This document shows positions 25,180 through 33,625 of a DNA stretch of 42,276 nt, one piece after another; positions within the stretch are counted from its first letter, which is position 1, and every line of letters starts with the position of its first letter. The position numbers were made by a program, and so were the translations under genes. The notes beneath the pieces are model-generated. The model ran no database searches and was not told where the DNA came from. It worked only from the letters and a program-made list of their open reading frames with translations. Source of the DNA: Crocinitomicaceae bacterium (lineage in GTDB: Bacteria > Bacteroidota > Bacteroidia > Flavobacteriales_D > Crocinitomicaceae); assembly GCA_044346375.1 (NCBI GenBank), contig JBIIZI010000001.1, positions 1-42,276 on the forward strand, in the 5' to 3' direction.

Positions 25180-26527
25180 TTGACTTGGCTTTTTCAGTTG
25201 ATTTTTTGACCGGTGCTTTGTAATAATCTGGTGGGAAACCATTGACGTTTCGCCAAAGCTCGTACCAAATTGGCACATCGTTGAGAAGGAGCATTGCATA
25301 AGCGCCTCCGCCTACACGCAGTGCTTCTGGCCATTTATTTTCTTTGGCGTCTGGGGCTACGAGTACGCGAAACTCGCCATTCTCGTTGGCAAATTGATCA
25401 ATGGCAAAAACTGTCCCGCCGTAGGTTCCGTAGCTAGTATTGGGCCAACCTGAAAAAACAATTGCTGGCCAACCATCAAACTGTATACGTACATGCTGAC
25501 CAACTTGCAATAAAGGAAGATCCATGGGTCTGACGTACATTTCTACAGCAAGATCATAGTTGGTAGGCATGATGGTGGCAATTGCTGCACCTTGTTTGAT
25601 GGTTTCGCCTATGCCACTAGATAGTGTTTTGGTGATGCGGCCATCCTGAGGAGCCAAAATATAGTACATCCCATTGCGGATCGAGTAATTGGCCACTTGA
25701 CTTTGCATTTTACTTACGTCGATTTCTGCTTCGTACATGCTTGATAGCGCTGTGAATTTCTCAGACTCCGCTTTAGAAACTTCATCCTGAAACTTGGTTT
25801 CTACAGCATTGAGTTCAACCTTTGCATCGATGATGTCATTGCGACTCTGTAAAAACTTTTGCTGAGCACTGATCATGGATGCTTGCGCGCGCTGCATGGC
25901 AACTTTTCGGGTTTCAACTTCAGTTTTTGACTTGAGGTCTTCTTTGTAAAGTTTTTCAAAGCGCTCGTACTGATCCTTCGCAATTTGAAAGTTGAGCATT
26001 GAGGCTTGATTTTCGATACTGTCCGATTTTAGTTTCAGTTGGGCTTGCTGCGTTTTAATCCGGGCCTGCTTGACTTTCAACTTTCCAGTTTCGATGAGCG
26101 CATCGATACGCCTGTCTAGGGACTGAACTTTATCGCCATAGGAGACCACGCTTTGCTCCTTACTTTTAAGCTGTTGCTGGCTGCGCCCCACCAATTGCGG
26201 ATCAAAATAACCATCTTTGATCTCGGAGATAAACATAATTGTATCTCCCGCCTTGACCAAATCGCCTTCTTTTACAAACCACTTCTCGATGCGCCCACCA
26301 ATGAGCGCGTTGATGGTCTGAGGGCGTTGTTCTGGTCGGAGAGTGAGTACTTGGCCGTTTGACCGGATGTTTTGGGTCCAGGGGAGAAAAAGGATGATTC
26401 CGCCAAAAATGAGTAAGGTATAAATTGCATTGCGCAAGAGTTTTTTGGGCGCTTTATTCAGCATGTCTGTTGAAACAAGCCCATCAGTATCAATTTGATT
26501 GCGATTTTGCGGAGAAATGTTTAACAT
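25169..26527 (-). CDS. HlyD family periplasmic adaptor (membrane fusion protein)
   Basis: N-terminal TM helix AIYTLLIFGGIILFL, a lipoyl-like hairpin GGRIEKWFVKEGDLVKAGDTIMFI, a long coiled coil and a beta-barrel C-terminus. Confidence 0.85.
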   Translation of the reverse strand: MLNISPQNRNQIDTDGLVSTDMLNKAPKKLLRNAIYTLLIFGGIILFLPWTQNIRSNGQVLTLRPEQRPQTINALIGGRIEKWFVKEGDLVKAGDTIMFISEIKDGYFDPQLVGRSQQQLKSKEQSVVSYGDKVQSLDRRIDALIETGKLKVKQARIKTQQAQLKLKSDSIENQASMLNFQIAKDQYERFEKLYKEDLKSKTEVETRKVAMQRAQASMISAQQKFLQSRNDIIDAKVELNAVETKFQDEVSKAESEKFTALSSMYEAEIDVSKMQSQVANYSIRNGMYYILAPQDGRITKTLSSGIGETIKQGAAIATIMPTNYDLAVEMYVRPMDLPLLQVGQHVRIQFDGWPAIVFSGWPNTSYGTYGGTVFAIDQFANENGEFRVLVAPDAKENKWPEALRVGGGAYAMLLLNDVPIWYELWRNVNGFPPDYYKAPVKKSTEKAKSNDK

Positions 26528-28155
26528 AAGATCAATTTTTCGTGGTTGAGCGAGAGGTTGTGCTCATCGATACTTGCTAATAAGAGGGTTCCTTTGTAAG
26601 CGTTAGTTAAATACTTTAATACGCTTTCAAGAGTTGTGTTTGATAAATAGTGCGTGTGTGTATCCCAAAGGATGACCGCCGGATGAGCAATGAGCGCACG
26701 ACACAACAAAACAAGCGTAATGAGTTGTCTGTCAAGGGTGCTTGCTTCTGGATTGAGTATGGTCTGGTAAGCATCGGTCAAGGCCAATACCTTTTGATCT
26801 AGTCCAATGGCAACAGCTAATTCCATCACTTGGGAGATATCGCAGTTGCGTCCCATGGTAATGTTCTCGAGTACCGTACCGTAGATAAGTTGGTCGTGAT
26901 GAGACAAACTTGCGATTTGGGTGCGTAGGGTTTGGACATTCAGGTTACTCGTTGGAATGCCATTGATGAGCACTTGCCCTTTATTGGGCAAGGCCATTGC
27001 TGTGATCATGAGAAATAAGCCCTGGGCTTTGTTGCCTTCAAAATCTTGGATATGATAGAATTTGCCTGCTTCAAAACGGCAGGATAAATTGGCTAAAAGA
27101 GGCGTCTGACTCCAGCTGGTTTGGTATTCTAATTGCGAGACCTCAATTGCAAGCGCTGGTGCTCTTTGAAGTTCGATACCGTCTTCAGAATCCAAAGGAA
27201 GGTCTGTGATTTCACCTATTTTTTCAATGGCTGTAAGTACATCGTATACCATCTCAAGGCTCACAATCAATTTCTCTACCGAATTGAGGACCAAAACGAT
27301 AATGATTTCGGCGGCAACAAATTGCCCAATATTCATTTGCTGATTCAGGACCAATAATCCGCCGATGATCAGCAAAGAAAAAGCAATGAGCATCTTGAAA
27401 CCAATCAAGTATTTATATTGCTGAACCAAAACTTTGAAGTGTGCATCTCGGGACTTGAGGTAACCTTGCAAGTAGGTATCTGAACGCTTGAGCAAAATAC
27501 CATTATTGCCAAGATGCTTGAATGTCAAGCGATTGCGCGCAACTTCTTCGAGCCAATTGGCCACTTTGTACTTGTATTTGGATTCATCGAGGCTCGTTAC
27601 AAAACCACGTTTAGCCGTCATTCTAAAAATAAAAATGAGTAACAAGAGGAGGGCAAAGCCAAAGATGATGAAAAATGGATGGTAAAATGACAACAGGATG
27701 AGCCCAAATAAAATTTGTAAGGATGCCGCTGTGAAATCAATGAGCAACTTGGAAATTCCTTTTTGAATGGTGAGGGTGTCAAAAAAGCGGTTGGTCCATT
27801 CTGGCGCATAGCGCAATAGGAGTTCGCGCAGCTGAATTTTTGGAATACGCGTGGCAAATTCTAAGGCCGAACGGGTAAATATGCGCTGTTGTAAATTTTC
27901 GGTGATGCGCAATTGCGCAATGTTCATGTAGCCTGAAAAACCAATAGCTGAAACAACCAAACCTACCAACAAGAACCAGGAAGTACTGACTTTCCCTGCC
28001 TGAATAAAGTTAATGATGGCTTGTATGCCCAAAGGTAGGCCCAAGCTGAGAATACCACCGATAATGGCAAAGAGATAGATGTCTGAAATGTCTTTGCTGT
28101 CTGGCTTGAGCAGCGCCCAAAAGCGCTCGTAAGGTTTACTGACGTCTTTATTCAT
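26521..28155 (-). CDS. ABC exporter half-transporter (6-TM ABC_membrane domain + nucleotide-binding-domain fold) with all catalytic NBD motifs degenerate
   Basis: The TMD is typical of HlyB/bacteriocin-type exporters, with no C39 peptidase domain. The NBD aligns without gaps to HlyB, but Walker A is DFEGNKAQ, the Q-loop Q is H, the signature is LDRQL, Walker B is ILWDT and the H-loop H is S. The ATG at 28155 (MNKDVSKPYERFW) overlaps the TetR stop. Confidence 0.8.
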   Translation of the reverse strand: MNKDVSKPYERFWALLKPDSKDISDIYLFAIIGGILSLGLPLGIQAIINFIQAGKVSTSWFLLVGLVVSAIGFSGYMNIAQLRITENLQQRIFTRSALEFATRIPKIQLRELLLRYAPEWTNRFFDTLTIQKGISKLLIDFTAASLQILFGLILLSFYHPFFIIFGFALLLLLIFIFRMTAKRGFVTSLDESKYKYKVANWLEEVARNRLTFKHLGNNGILLKRSDTYLQGYLKSRDAHFKVLVQQYKYLIGFKMLIAFSLLIIGGLLVLNQQMNIGQFVAAEIIIVLVLNSVEKLIVSLEMVYDVLTAIEKIGEITDLPLDSEDGIELQRAPALAIEVSQLEYQTSWSQTPLLANLSCRFEAGKFYHIQDFEGNKAQGLFLMITAMALPNKGQVLINGIPTSNLNVQTLRTQIASLSHHDQLIYGTVLENITMGRNCDISQVMELAVAIGLDQKVLALTDAYQTILNPEASTLDRQLITLVLLCRALIAHPAVILWDTHTHYLSNTTLESVLKYLTNAYKGTLLLASIDEHNLSLNHEKLILC

Positions 28156-28816
28156 GATCGAGATAGCTAAAAAATAGTTGTGTATAAAAAACAGCCACCG
28201 CATCTTCTTGTTCTGATGCGTTGGTGACTTCTGGCAAGTGCTGACCAAAAAAACGCTGTTGCAAACTGCCTTCAAGTAAAGTAGTGACCAACATTTCTGG
28301 ATATTTACAATTAGGTTGATAAGCGCGCACTAAATCGGAAATGTAGTGCACTATTTGCAAATATATACTATGAAATCCGGTTTGATGATCGGCATCTACG
28401 GCTTTGGTTAGAAATACTTTAGACGCTTCGTGGATCACAATACGCTGCAGGCGTTTTTCATTGGTAAATGACAGCGAAGAAGCCTGTGGCACCAAAAGCA
28501 ACTCAAGCGCCTTGACGAGGCGCTCTTTTGGGTTCCCCCCTTGGGTTTGCAATAGCAATCGGCACTCTAGCCTGCCCCAATACCAGTTGATCAGGTAGAG
28601 CAAAAGCTTTTGCTTACTTGAGAAATAGCGGTAAACAGAAGCCTCGGTAGTGCCTACAGAAAGGGCTAACTTTTTAAAAGTAAACTGCTCAAAACCCAGT
28701 TCATTGATCAGGAGAATACTTCCTTCTATGATGCGCTGGCCAAGTTGCGTCGCCTGCGGGTTGCGCACTGCAATTTCTTCGAGTACTGGAATCTGAAAAC
28801 GGTCAACAAGATCCAT
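28148..28816 (-). CDS. TetR/AcrR family transcriptional regulator
   Basis: HTH FTFKKLALSVGTTEASVYRYFSSKQKLL and a helical ligand-binding domain. It is the first gene of the four-gene operon. The ATG at 28816 is preferred. Confidence 0.85.
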   Translation of the reverse strand: MDLVDRFQIPVLEEIAVRNPQATQLGQRIIEGSILLINELGFEQFTFKKLALSVGTTEASVYRYFSSKQKLLLYLINWYWGRLECRLLLQTQGGNPKERLVKALELLLVPQASSLSFTNEKRLQRIVIHEASKVFLTKAVDADHQTGFHSIYLQIVHYISDLVRAYQPNCKYPEMLVTTLLEGSLQQRFFGQHLPEVTNASEQEDAVAVFYTQLFFSYLDHE

Positions 28817-28831
28817 AAAAGTAATTTCTAG

Positions 28832-28839
28832 CAAAAATA
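28832..28839 (-). promoter_or_regulatory. candidate -7 box (TATTTTTG on the minus strand) for the TetR-ABC-HlyD-TolC operon
   Basis: Plus-strand caaaaata lies 15 nt upstream of the TetR start codon. Confidence 0.25.
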
Positions 28840-28899
28840 ATAGCAACACTATTCTTAAGTAGTAGGATTATTATAATATCTTTTTATCGACATTATAAG

Positions 28900-28907
28900 T
28901 AATTTTG
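28900..28907 (+). promoter_or_regulatory. candidate -7 box (TAATTTTG) 3 nt upstream of the ATG at 28911
   Basis: Exact TAnnTTTG match abutting the start codon. Confidence 0.25.
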
Positions 28908-28910
28908 AAA

Positions 28911-29561
28911 ATGCAAAAATCAGTCGTTATACTCGGTGCAACAGGACTAGTTGGATCTGCCCTCGTTGAAGAATTGATCCAAGATCAGCAAGTATCTGAA
29001 GTTAGAATTTTAACCAGACGCCCTTTGGCTTTTACTTCAGAAAAAATCAAGCTCATCCAAACTGACCTGAATAAACCAACACCCGATGCCTTTATCAATG
29101 CTACTGCCTTGTATTGCTGCATTGGCACCACGCGCAAAAAAACACCAGACCAAACAAAGTATCGCGCAATAGACTACGGCATGACCCTCGCCGCCGCTAC
29201 AGCAGCCAAAAATGCTGGCGCAACAGAAGTTCACCTCATCAGTGCCATTGGAGCCGACACGCAGTCCAAGATTTTTTACAGCCGCTTGAAAGGCGAAATC
29301 GAACGCGATCTTAAAGCGCTCAACTTTGAACGCACCCTCATTTACCAACCGTCTATCTTAATTGGCCCACGCACCGAAAAACGCTTTGGCGAAAAAATTG
29401 CACAACTCCTAAGTCCGTTGTTCGACCTATTGCTCTTTGGAGGATTGCAAAAATACCACAGCATCAGCGCCAAAGATCTTGCTGTTGCCATGCACCAACA
29501 TTCGTTTAAAAATCAAAAAGGAGTGCAGGTACTCATTTACCCTGAACTCAGCCCAAAATAA
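28911..29561 (+). CDS. NAD(P)H-binding atypical SDR (HTATIP2/semialdehyde-dehydrogenase-like oxidoreductase)
   Basis: Rossmann motif VVILGATGLVGSAL, length about 216 aa. Confidence 0.7.
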   Translation: MQKSVVILGATGLVGSALVEELIQDQQVSEVRILTRRPLAFTSEKIKLIQTDLNKPTPDAFINATALYCCIGTTRKKTPDQTKYRAIDYGMTLAAATAAKNAGATEVHLISAIGADTQSKIFYSRLKGEIERDLKALNFERTLIYQPSILIGPRTEKRFGEKIAQLLSPLFDLLLFGGLQKYHSISAKDLAVAMHQHSFKNQKGVQVLIYPELSPK

Positions 29562-29573
29562 TTAAGAAATAAA

Positions 29574-29598
29574 AAAGCCACCCCTAAAGGTGGCTTTT
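29574..29598. terminator. bidirectional Rho-independent terminator hairpin
   Basis: Perfect 9-bp stem aaagccacc / ggtggcttt (29574-29582 and 29589-29597) with loop cctaaa. It has a T4 tract on the plus strand and an A6 tract (T6 on the minus strand) on the other side. Confidence 0.65.
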
Positions 29599-29813
29599 GA
29601 CTACTGTTTCAAGAGGAAAAAATTGATACTAAACCCATGCTCTGATTGAATCCTCTCTCCATTGTAATTTGACGGTAGTTGAATTTGTAAATCACAGTAG
29701 TGTTGTTCCGTTGAACACTACAAAGATGGCGTTCCTACGCTGAAAGAAGTATGAGGAGTTCAGGGTAAAAAACCTGATTGATATCATGTTTTTCAACTTA
29801 TCAAGAGGGCACT

Positions 29814-30674
29814 TTACATTTTACGGACACCTACAATATTTGGCAGCGGCCAAAAGTGCTTGTTGGCATCGCTTTCCCAGGTATCAGAAACCCAAGAACC
29901 TACTTTTTTAATGTGGTGCCCATTGACGTCAATGAGCAAACTGGTTTCGGGCCCACCTTCCAAATAAATGGCATCGTGTAAGCCACCAGGCATTTGCTTG
30001 ATGAAGTCGATCATTTGGTTGTGGGTGTATGGGGAACGCGTAAAAATCAGGTAAAACCAACCTTTTTCGTCTTCGGCCGCCACCAACATACTACACGATT
30101 GAATTTTCTTCTGCCAGTACATGGGGCTTGCATTGCAATCGATCATGCGCAGGCCTTGTGCAAAGCCCTTGAAATTATTTTTTTCTTGTTCCCAGTTGGC
30201 ACAAGTGAGGTCAAGTACTTCAATATTAGAACGCTGACACTTAGGTTTAGGGCCTAATGCCATCATTAAATTGAAGCCCTCAAGTAATTGGCCGTTGTTC
30301 AGGTGCTTGCCATTTTGCAAGTAAGCCCTACTGATCAGCGGTTTGTTGAGGTCGTACATGCCCGCATTGAAAGCAACCATTAGGTGAAAGGAGTCGGACC
30401 AAGTTTGCACACTTTTTGGAATGGAGTCGTGTTGGGTTGCCGTGAATAAATCAAATTGAAATTGAGACGGATCCATGCGTAAAATAGCTAATTTGGAGTC
30501 GCCGATAAAAGACTTAGTGGGCGCGTTGATTTCGCGGTATTCCATTCCTTTGGTGAGGGTGGTCCAGTGGGCGTAATTCGGAACTTCCTTTTGTTTTTTA
30601 GGTTTGCTATATGAACAAGCCTGAAATACCAAAAAGATAAATGGAAACAATAACAAACGAAACATAGTTGACAT
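29814..30674 (-). CDS. phosphodiester glycosidase family lipoprotein (NAGPA/DUF2233-like)
   Basis: Lipoprotein signal LLLFPFIFLVFQAC. FNAGMY and AIYLEGGPETSLLID resemble the NAGMF and LNLDGGGSS blocks of the family. Confidence 0.5.
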   Translation of the reverse strand: MSTMFRLLLFPFIFLVFQACSYSKPKKQKEVPNYAHWTTLTKGMEYREINAPTKSFIGDSKLAILRMDPSQFQFDLFTATQHDSIPKSVQTWSDSFHLMVAFNAGMYDLNKPLISRAYLQNGKHLNNGQLLEGFNLMMALGPKPKCQRSNIEVLDLTCANWEQEKNNFKGFAQGLRMIDCNASPMYWQKKIQSCSMLVAAEDEKGWFYLIFTRSPYTHNQMIDFIKQMPGGLHDAIYLEGGPETSLLIDVNGHHIKKVGSWVSDTWESDANKHFWPLPNIVGVRKM

Positions 30675-30738
30675 CTATTCTTTATTCAAAGTTATTGCTT
30701 TTAATAGTTTTATTTACTTTGTACTATATACGATTTAT

Positions 30739-32097
30739 ATGAGAGCTCTATTTCTTTTCTTCTGCCTACCCTTCTTGGGCTTTTCACAAGCTATTCCTAA
30801 AAAAGACAAACTCAAAGCCAAACGCATTGTTGCCAATGCAAGTACGCTTTTCAATGAAGGCCAAAGCACCAATGCTTATATGTTGCTCAAACAAGCCGTC
30901 GCCCTAGATTCTACCAACGCCAATGCGTATTTCTTGCTCGCCACCACAGAATATGACCTTCGGTCTTACAATTATTCCCAAGAACACTGTTCTAAAGCAC
31001 TCAATTTATTCGGAACAAACTGTACAGAAGAACACTTGTATTTAGCGGGGCAAATTGCGCTTTCCCTCGGAGCTGCCGAAAAAGCAAAAAATTTATGCGC
31101 ACAGGCCAAAAAATTACTCAAATCAGAAAAAGACTATAAATTACTCGGATTTCAATTGCTAGAAGAACAAAGTAATTTTGCACTGCTTCAAGCAGGCATC
31201 CAAAACCAACGTCATCTTTTAGGCGGAACACTCAACACCAATTACGACGAATACGGACCAATTTTAAGTAAGGATGGCCAAACGCTATACTTTACAACCC
31301 GTAACCCGAATGCAAAAGGCGCCAACCTCAACCCCGATGACCAACGCTTTTTTGAGGACATTTACCAAGCCCAACCAGACCCTGAAAACGCTAAATTGTG
31401 GGTGCGCAACTACAACAACGATGAGCTGCTTAATACCGAAGGTTTTGATGCGCTCTCCTACCTTGCAGCTGACCAACTCAGCGCACTAGGCACGCTCAAT
31501 ACAACAGCTTCAAAAGAAGCGAGCACACAAGGTTCCGATATTTTTGAGCTCACTGCAGAAACAGCCGGTGTCTGGGACGACAAACAAATCATTCTCAACA
31601 TTCCCGGACTGAACAGCAGTTATTTTGAAGGCGCCCCTACCAAAACCGATACCATCTGGATCGATGAATTTACCTATATAGAAGAACTCTATTTTGTTTC
31701 TGATCGTGCCGCTGAAAAATACGCAACAGATATTTACATGGCCAAAAAAGTCAACGGTATTTGGCAAGCTGAGGTGCAAGTGCTACCGCAAGGCATCAAT
31801 ACAGAAGGACGCGAAACCACCCCATTTGTAAGCCCCGACGGTAAGTTCCTGTTCTTTGCCTCCGACGGCCACCTCGGCATGGGCGGCTACGATATTTTTT
31901 ACTGCAAAAGAGAAAACGAAGGTTGGTCTGCACCAAAAAACCTAGGCGCTGCCATCAATTCAACACTCGACGACACCCATTTTCAGATTTGCGGCACTAC
32001 CCTCACTTGGGCAAGTGTCAGCGAACTTGAAGGCTTATTTAGTTACAATTTGTTCGAGGCTCCATTAGGCGTTATCCAAACAGAAGAACAGAAGTAA
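30739..32097 (+). CDS. secreted TPR-repeat plus TolB-like (PD40/WD40-like beta-propeller) protein
   Basis: Signal peptide, N-terminal TPR-like helices, then repeated motifs YDEYGPILSKDGQTLYF and ETTPFVSPDGKFLFFASD. It has no C-terminal OmpA domain. Confidence 0.55.
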   Translation: MRALFLFFCLPFLGFSQAIPKKDKLKAKRIVANASTLFNEGQSTNAYMLLKQAVALDSTNANAYFLLATTEYDLRSYNYSQEHCSKALNLFGTNCTEEHLYLAGQIALSLGAAEKAKNLCAQAKKLLKSEKDYKLLGFQLLEEQSNFALLQAGIQNQRHLLGGTLNTNYDEYGPILSKDGQTLYFTTRNPNAKGANLNPDDQRFFEDIYQAQPDPENAKLWVRNYNNDELLNTEGFDALSYLAADQLSALGTLNTTASKEASTQGSDIFELTAETAGVWDDKQIILNIPGLNSSYFEGAPTKTDTIWIDEFTYIEELYFVSDRAAEKYATDIYMAKKVNGIWQAEVQVLPQGINTEGRETTPFVSPDGKFLFFASDGHLGMGGYDIFYCKRENEGWSAPKNLGAAINSTLDDTHFQICGTTLTWASVSELEGLFSYNLFEAPLGVIQTEEQK

Positions 32098-32098
32098 A

Positions 32099-32854
32099 GT
32101 GCCGCGTTATTTTATTCAGCTCGCTTACGACGGAAGCAACTATCACGGATGGCAAATTCAGCCAAGTGCCAACTCTGTTCAAGAAGAAATACAAAAAGCG
32201 CTGGGTAAATTGCATGGTAACGAAAGAATTGAAATAGTAGGTTGCGGTCGAACCGACACCGGAGTACACGCCAAAAGTTATTTTTTACACACCGACCTTC
32301 CAGAAGCTTGGGACCCACAACAATTGGTTTTCAAACTCAACCGCATGACTCCTCCAGACATCGCGTTTTCAAAAGCTTGGGAGCTCCATTCCGACTTACA
32401 TGCGCGTTTTGACGCGAGCAGCCGCACTTACCGCTACTTTATCAATCGGCACAAGGACCCTTTTGTGCGCTCTCAGAGCTGGTACGTTCAGCAAGATCTA
32501 GACCTAGATGCAATGAACCAAGCTGCAAAACACTTACTTGGAGTCCAGGATTTTTCTTCTTTTGCCAAAGCGCACACCGATGTCAAAACAAATATCTGTG
32601 AGGTTTTTGAGGCAGAATGGTTCCAAACAGCAAACGGCCTTTATTTTGAGATTTCTGCCAACCGCTTTTTGCGCAATATGGTACGCGCAATTGTCGGGAC
32701 GCTCGTTGAGGTGGGTTTAGGCAAAATAAAAGCCTCCGAACTGCCTGGCATTATTGCTGCCCAAAACCGTTCGGAGGCGTATGTTTCAGTGCCCGCTCAG
32801 GGCTTGTTTTTGTGGAAAATCACTTATGAAAAAGCGCCACAATTACAGGGTTAA
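32099..32854 (+). CDS. truA: tRNA pseudouridine(38-40) synthase
   Basis: YDGSNYHGWQIQ and the catalytic GCGRTDTGVHA motif. GTG start. Confidence 0.9.
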   Translation: MPRYFIQLAYDGSNYHGWQIQPSANSVQEEIQKALGKLHGNERIEIVGCGRTDTGVHAKSYFLHTDLPEAWDPQQLVFKLNRMTPPDIAFSKAWELHSDLHARFDASSRTYRYFINRHKDPFVRSQSWYVQQDLDLDAMNQAAKHLLGVQDFSSFAKAHTDVKTNICEVFEAEWFQTANGLYFEISANRFLRNMVRAIVGTLVEVGLGKIKASELPGIIAAQNRSEAYVSVPAQGLFLWKITYEKAPQLQG

Positions 32855-33579
32855 TCGGGCTGATTGATTTCCCATTCGCGGTAGAGATCGAAATAGCTTT
32901 TGGTTTCTAAAATAACCGCGCCACCAAGTGTATCGCCGTACTTTGCAGGCAAACCTCCCGTAAAAACAGTCACGCGGCCTATCGCACAACTTGGCACATT
33001 GAATACTTCATTTGATTTGATGCCATCTAGTACGTAAATCATGTCACCTTTGCGGGCGCCGCGGAACATCAGGCCGCCGTCTTCGTCTTTTTTGACATCG
33101 GAATTGGAATTGGCAACCATATCGACAACGCTAAATTTGTCGGGTCTGTTCTTGATTTCTTTGGCCGTCAGGGTGGTCACTGGTGTTTCACCAATGCGGA
33201 TTCGCGCTTGTTCGTAACGACCTCCTCCTACACGCACTGCTTTGGTGTCTTGGGTTTTGTTATGAAAATAAATAACACCCGCATTGCCGTAGGCCTCGAC
33301 CGGAACTTCTACCGTTACTTTTTCGGTGCTGTCTTTTTGAAAATATCCCATGACTTGGTAGGTACCTGCAGGAATACCCGTTATGCGAAAACGGCCTTCT
33401 TCATTAGCCAAAGCCAAATAAACCCGACCATTTTCACGGATCATGGCTTTTGCACCGGCTTTGGGTTGTTGGGTGTTGAAATCAATAAAAGTTCCGATGA
33501 CATCACCGGTACCGGATTGGGCTACTGTGCTTGCTGCTATCATGAGCATCCACACCATCATTAAGTTTTTCATCAGCAT
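32851..33579 (-). CDS. stand-alone CarboxypepD_reg-like plus TonB-dependent-receptor plug domain protein (no beta-barrel)
   Basis: Signal peptide, RFRITGIPAGTYQV (carboxypeptidase-regulatory-like fold), then plug-type blocks LMFRGARKGDMIYVLDGI and VTVFTGGLPAKYGDTLGGAVILETK. The ORF ends about 25 residues later. Confidence 0.6.
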   Translation of the reverse strand: MLMKNLMMVWMLMIAASTVAQSGTGDVIGTFIDFNTQQPKAGAKAMIRENGRVYLALANEEGRFRITGIPAGTYQVMGYFQKDSTEKVTVEVPVEAYGNAGVIYFHNKTQDTKAVRVGGGRYEQARIRIGETPVTTLTAKEIKNRPDKFSVVDMVANSNSDVKKDEDGGLMFRGARKGDMIYVLDGIKSNEVFNVPSCAIGRVTVFTGGLPAKYGDTLGGAVILETKSYFDLYREWEINQPD

Positions 33580-33625
33580 GTTTTCTTGAAAGATGCAGAT
33601 GCTTGTCTTATTCCACAAAAAAAAA

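Noticed and set aside
28871-28898. Inverted repeat TTATAAT-N14-ATTATAA as a TetR operator
   Set aside because: It is a 7-nt repeat of pure A/T in a very AT-rich divergent promoter region. Chance occurrence is too likely to call it without conservation data.
29697-29721. The 8-bp hairpin gtagtgtt/aacactac as a terminator
   Set aside because: It has no T-tract on either strand, so it is not called as a terminator. It is kept only as part of the unexplained-spacer finding.
33208-33564. 118-aa plus-strand ORF
   Set aside because: It is antisense to the plug-domain gene, which has recognisable domain motifs and a signal peptide.
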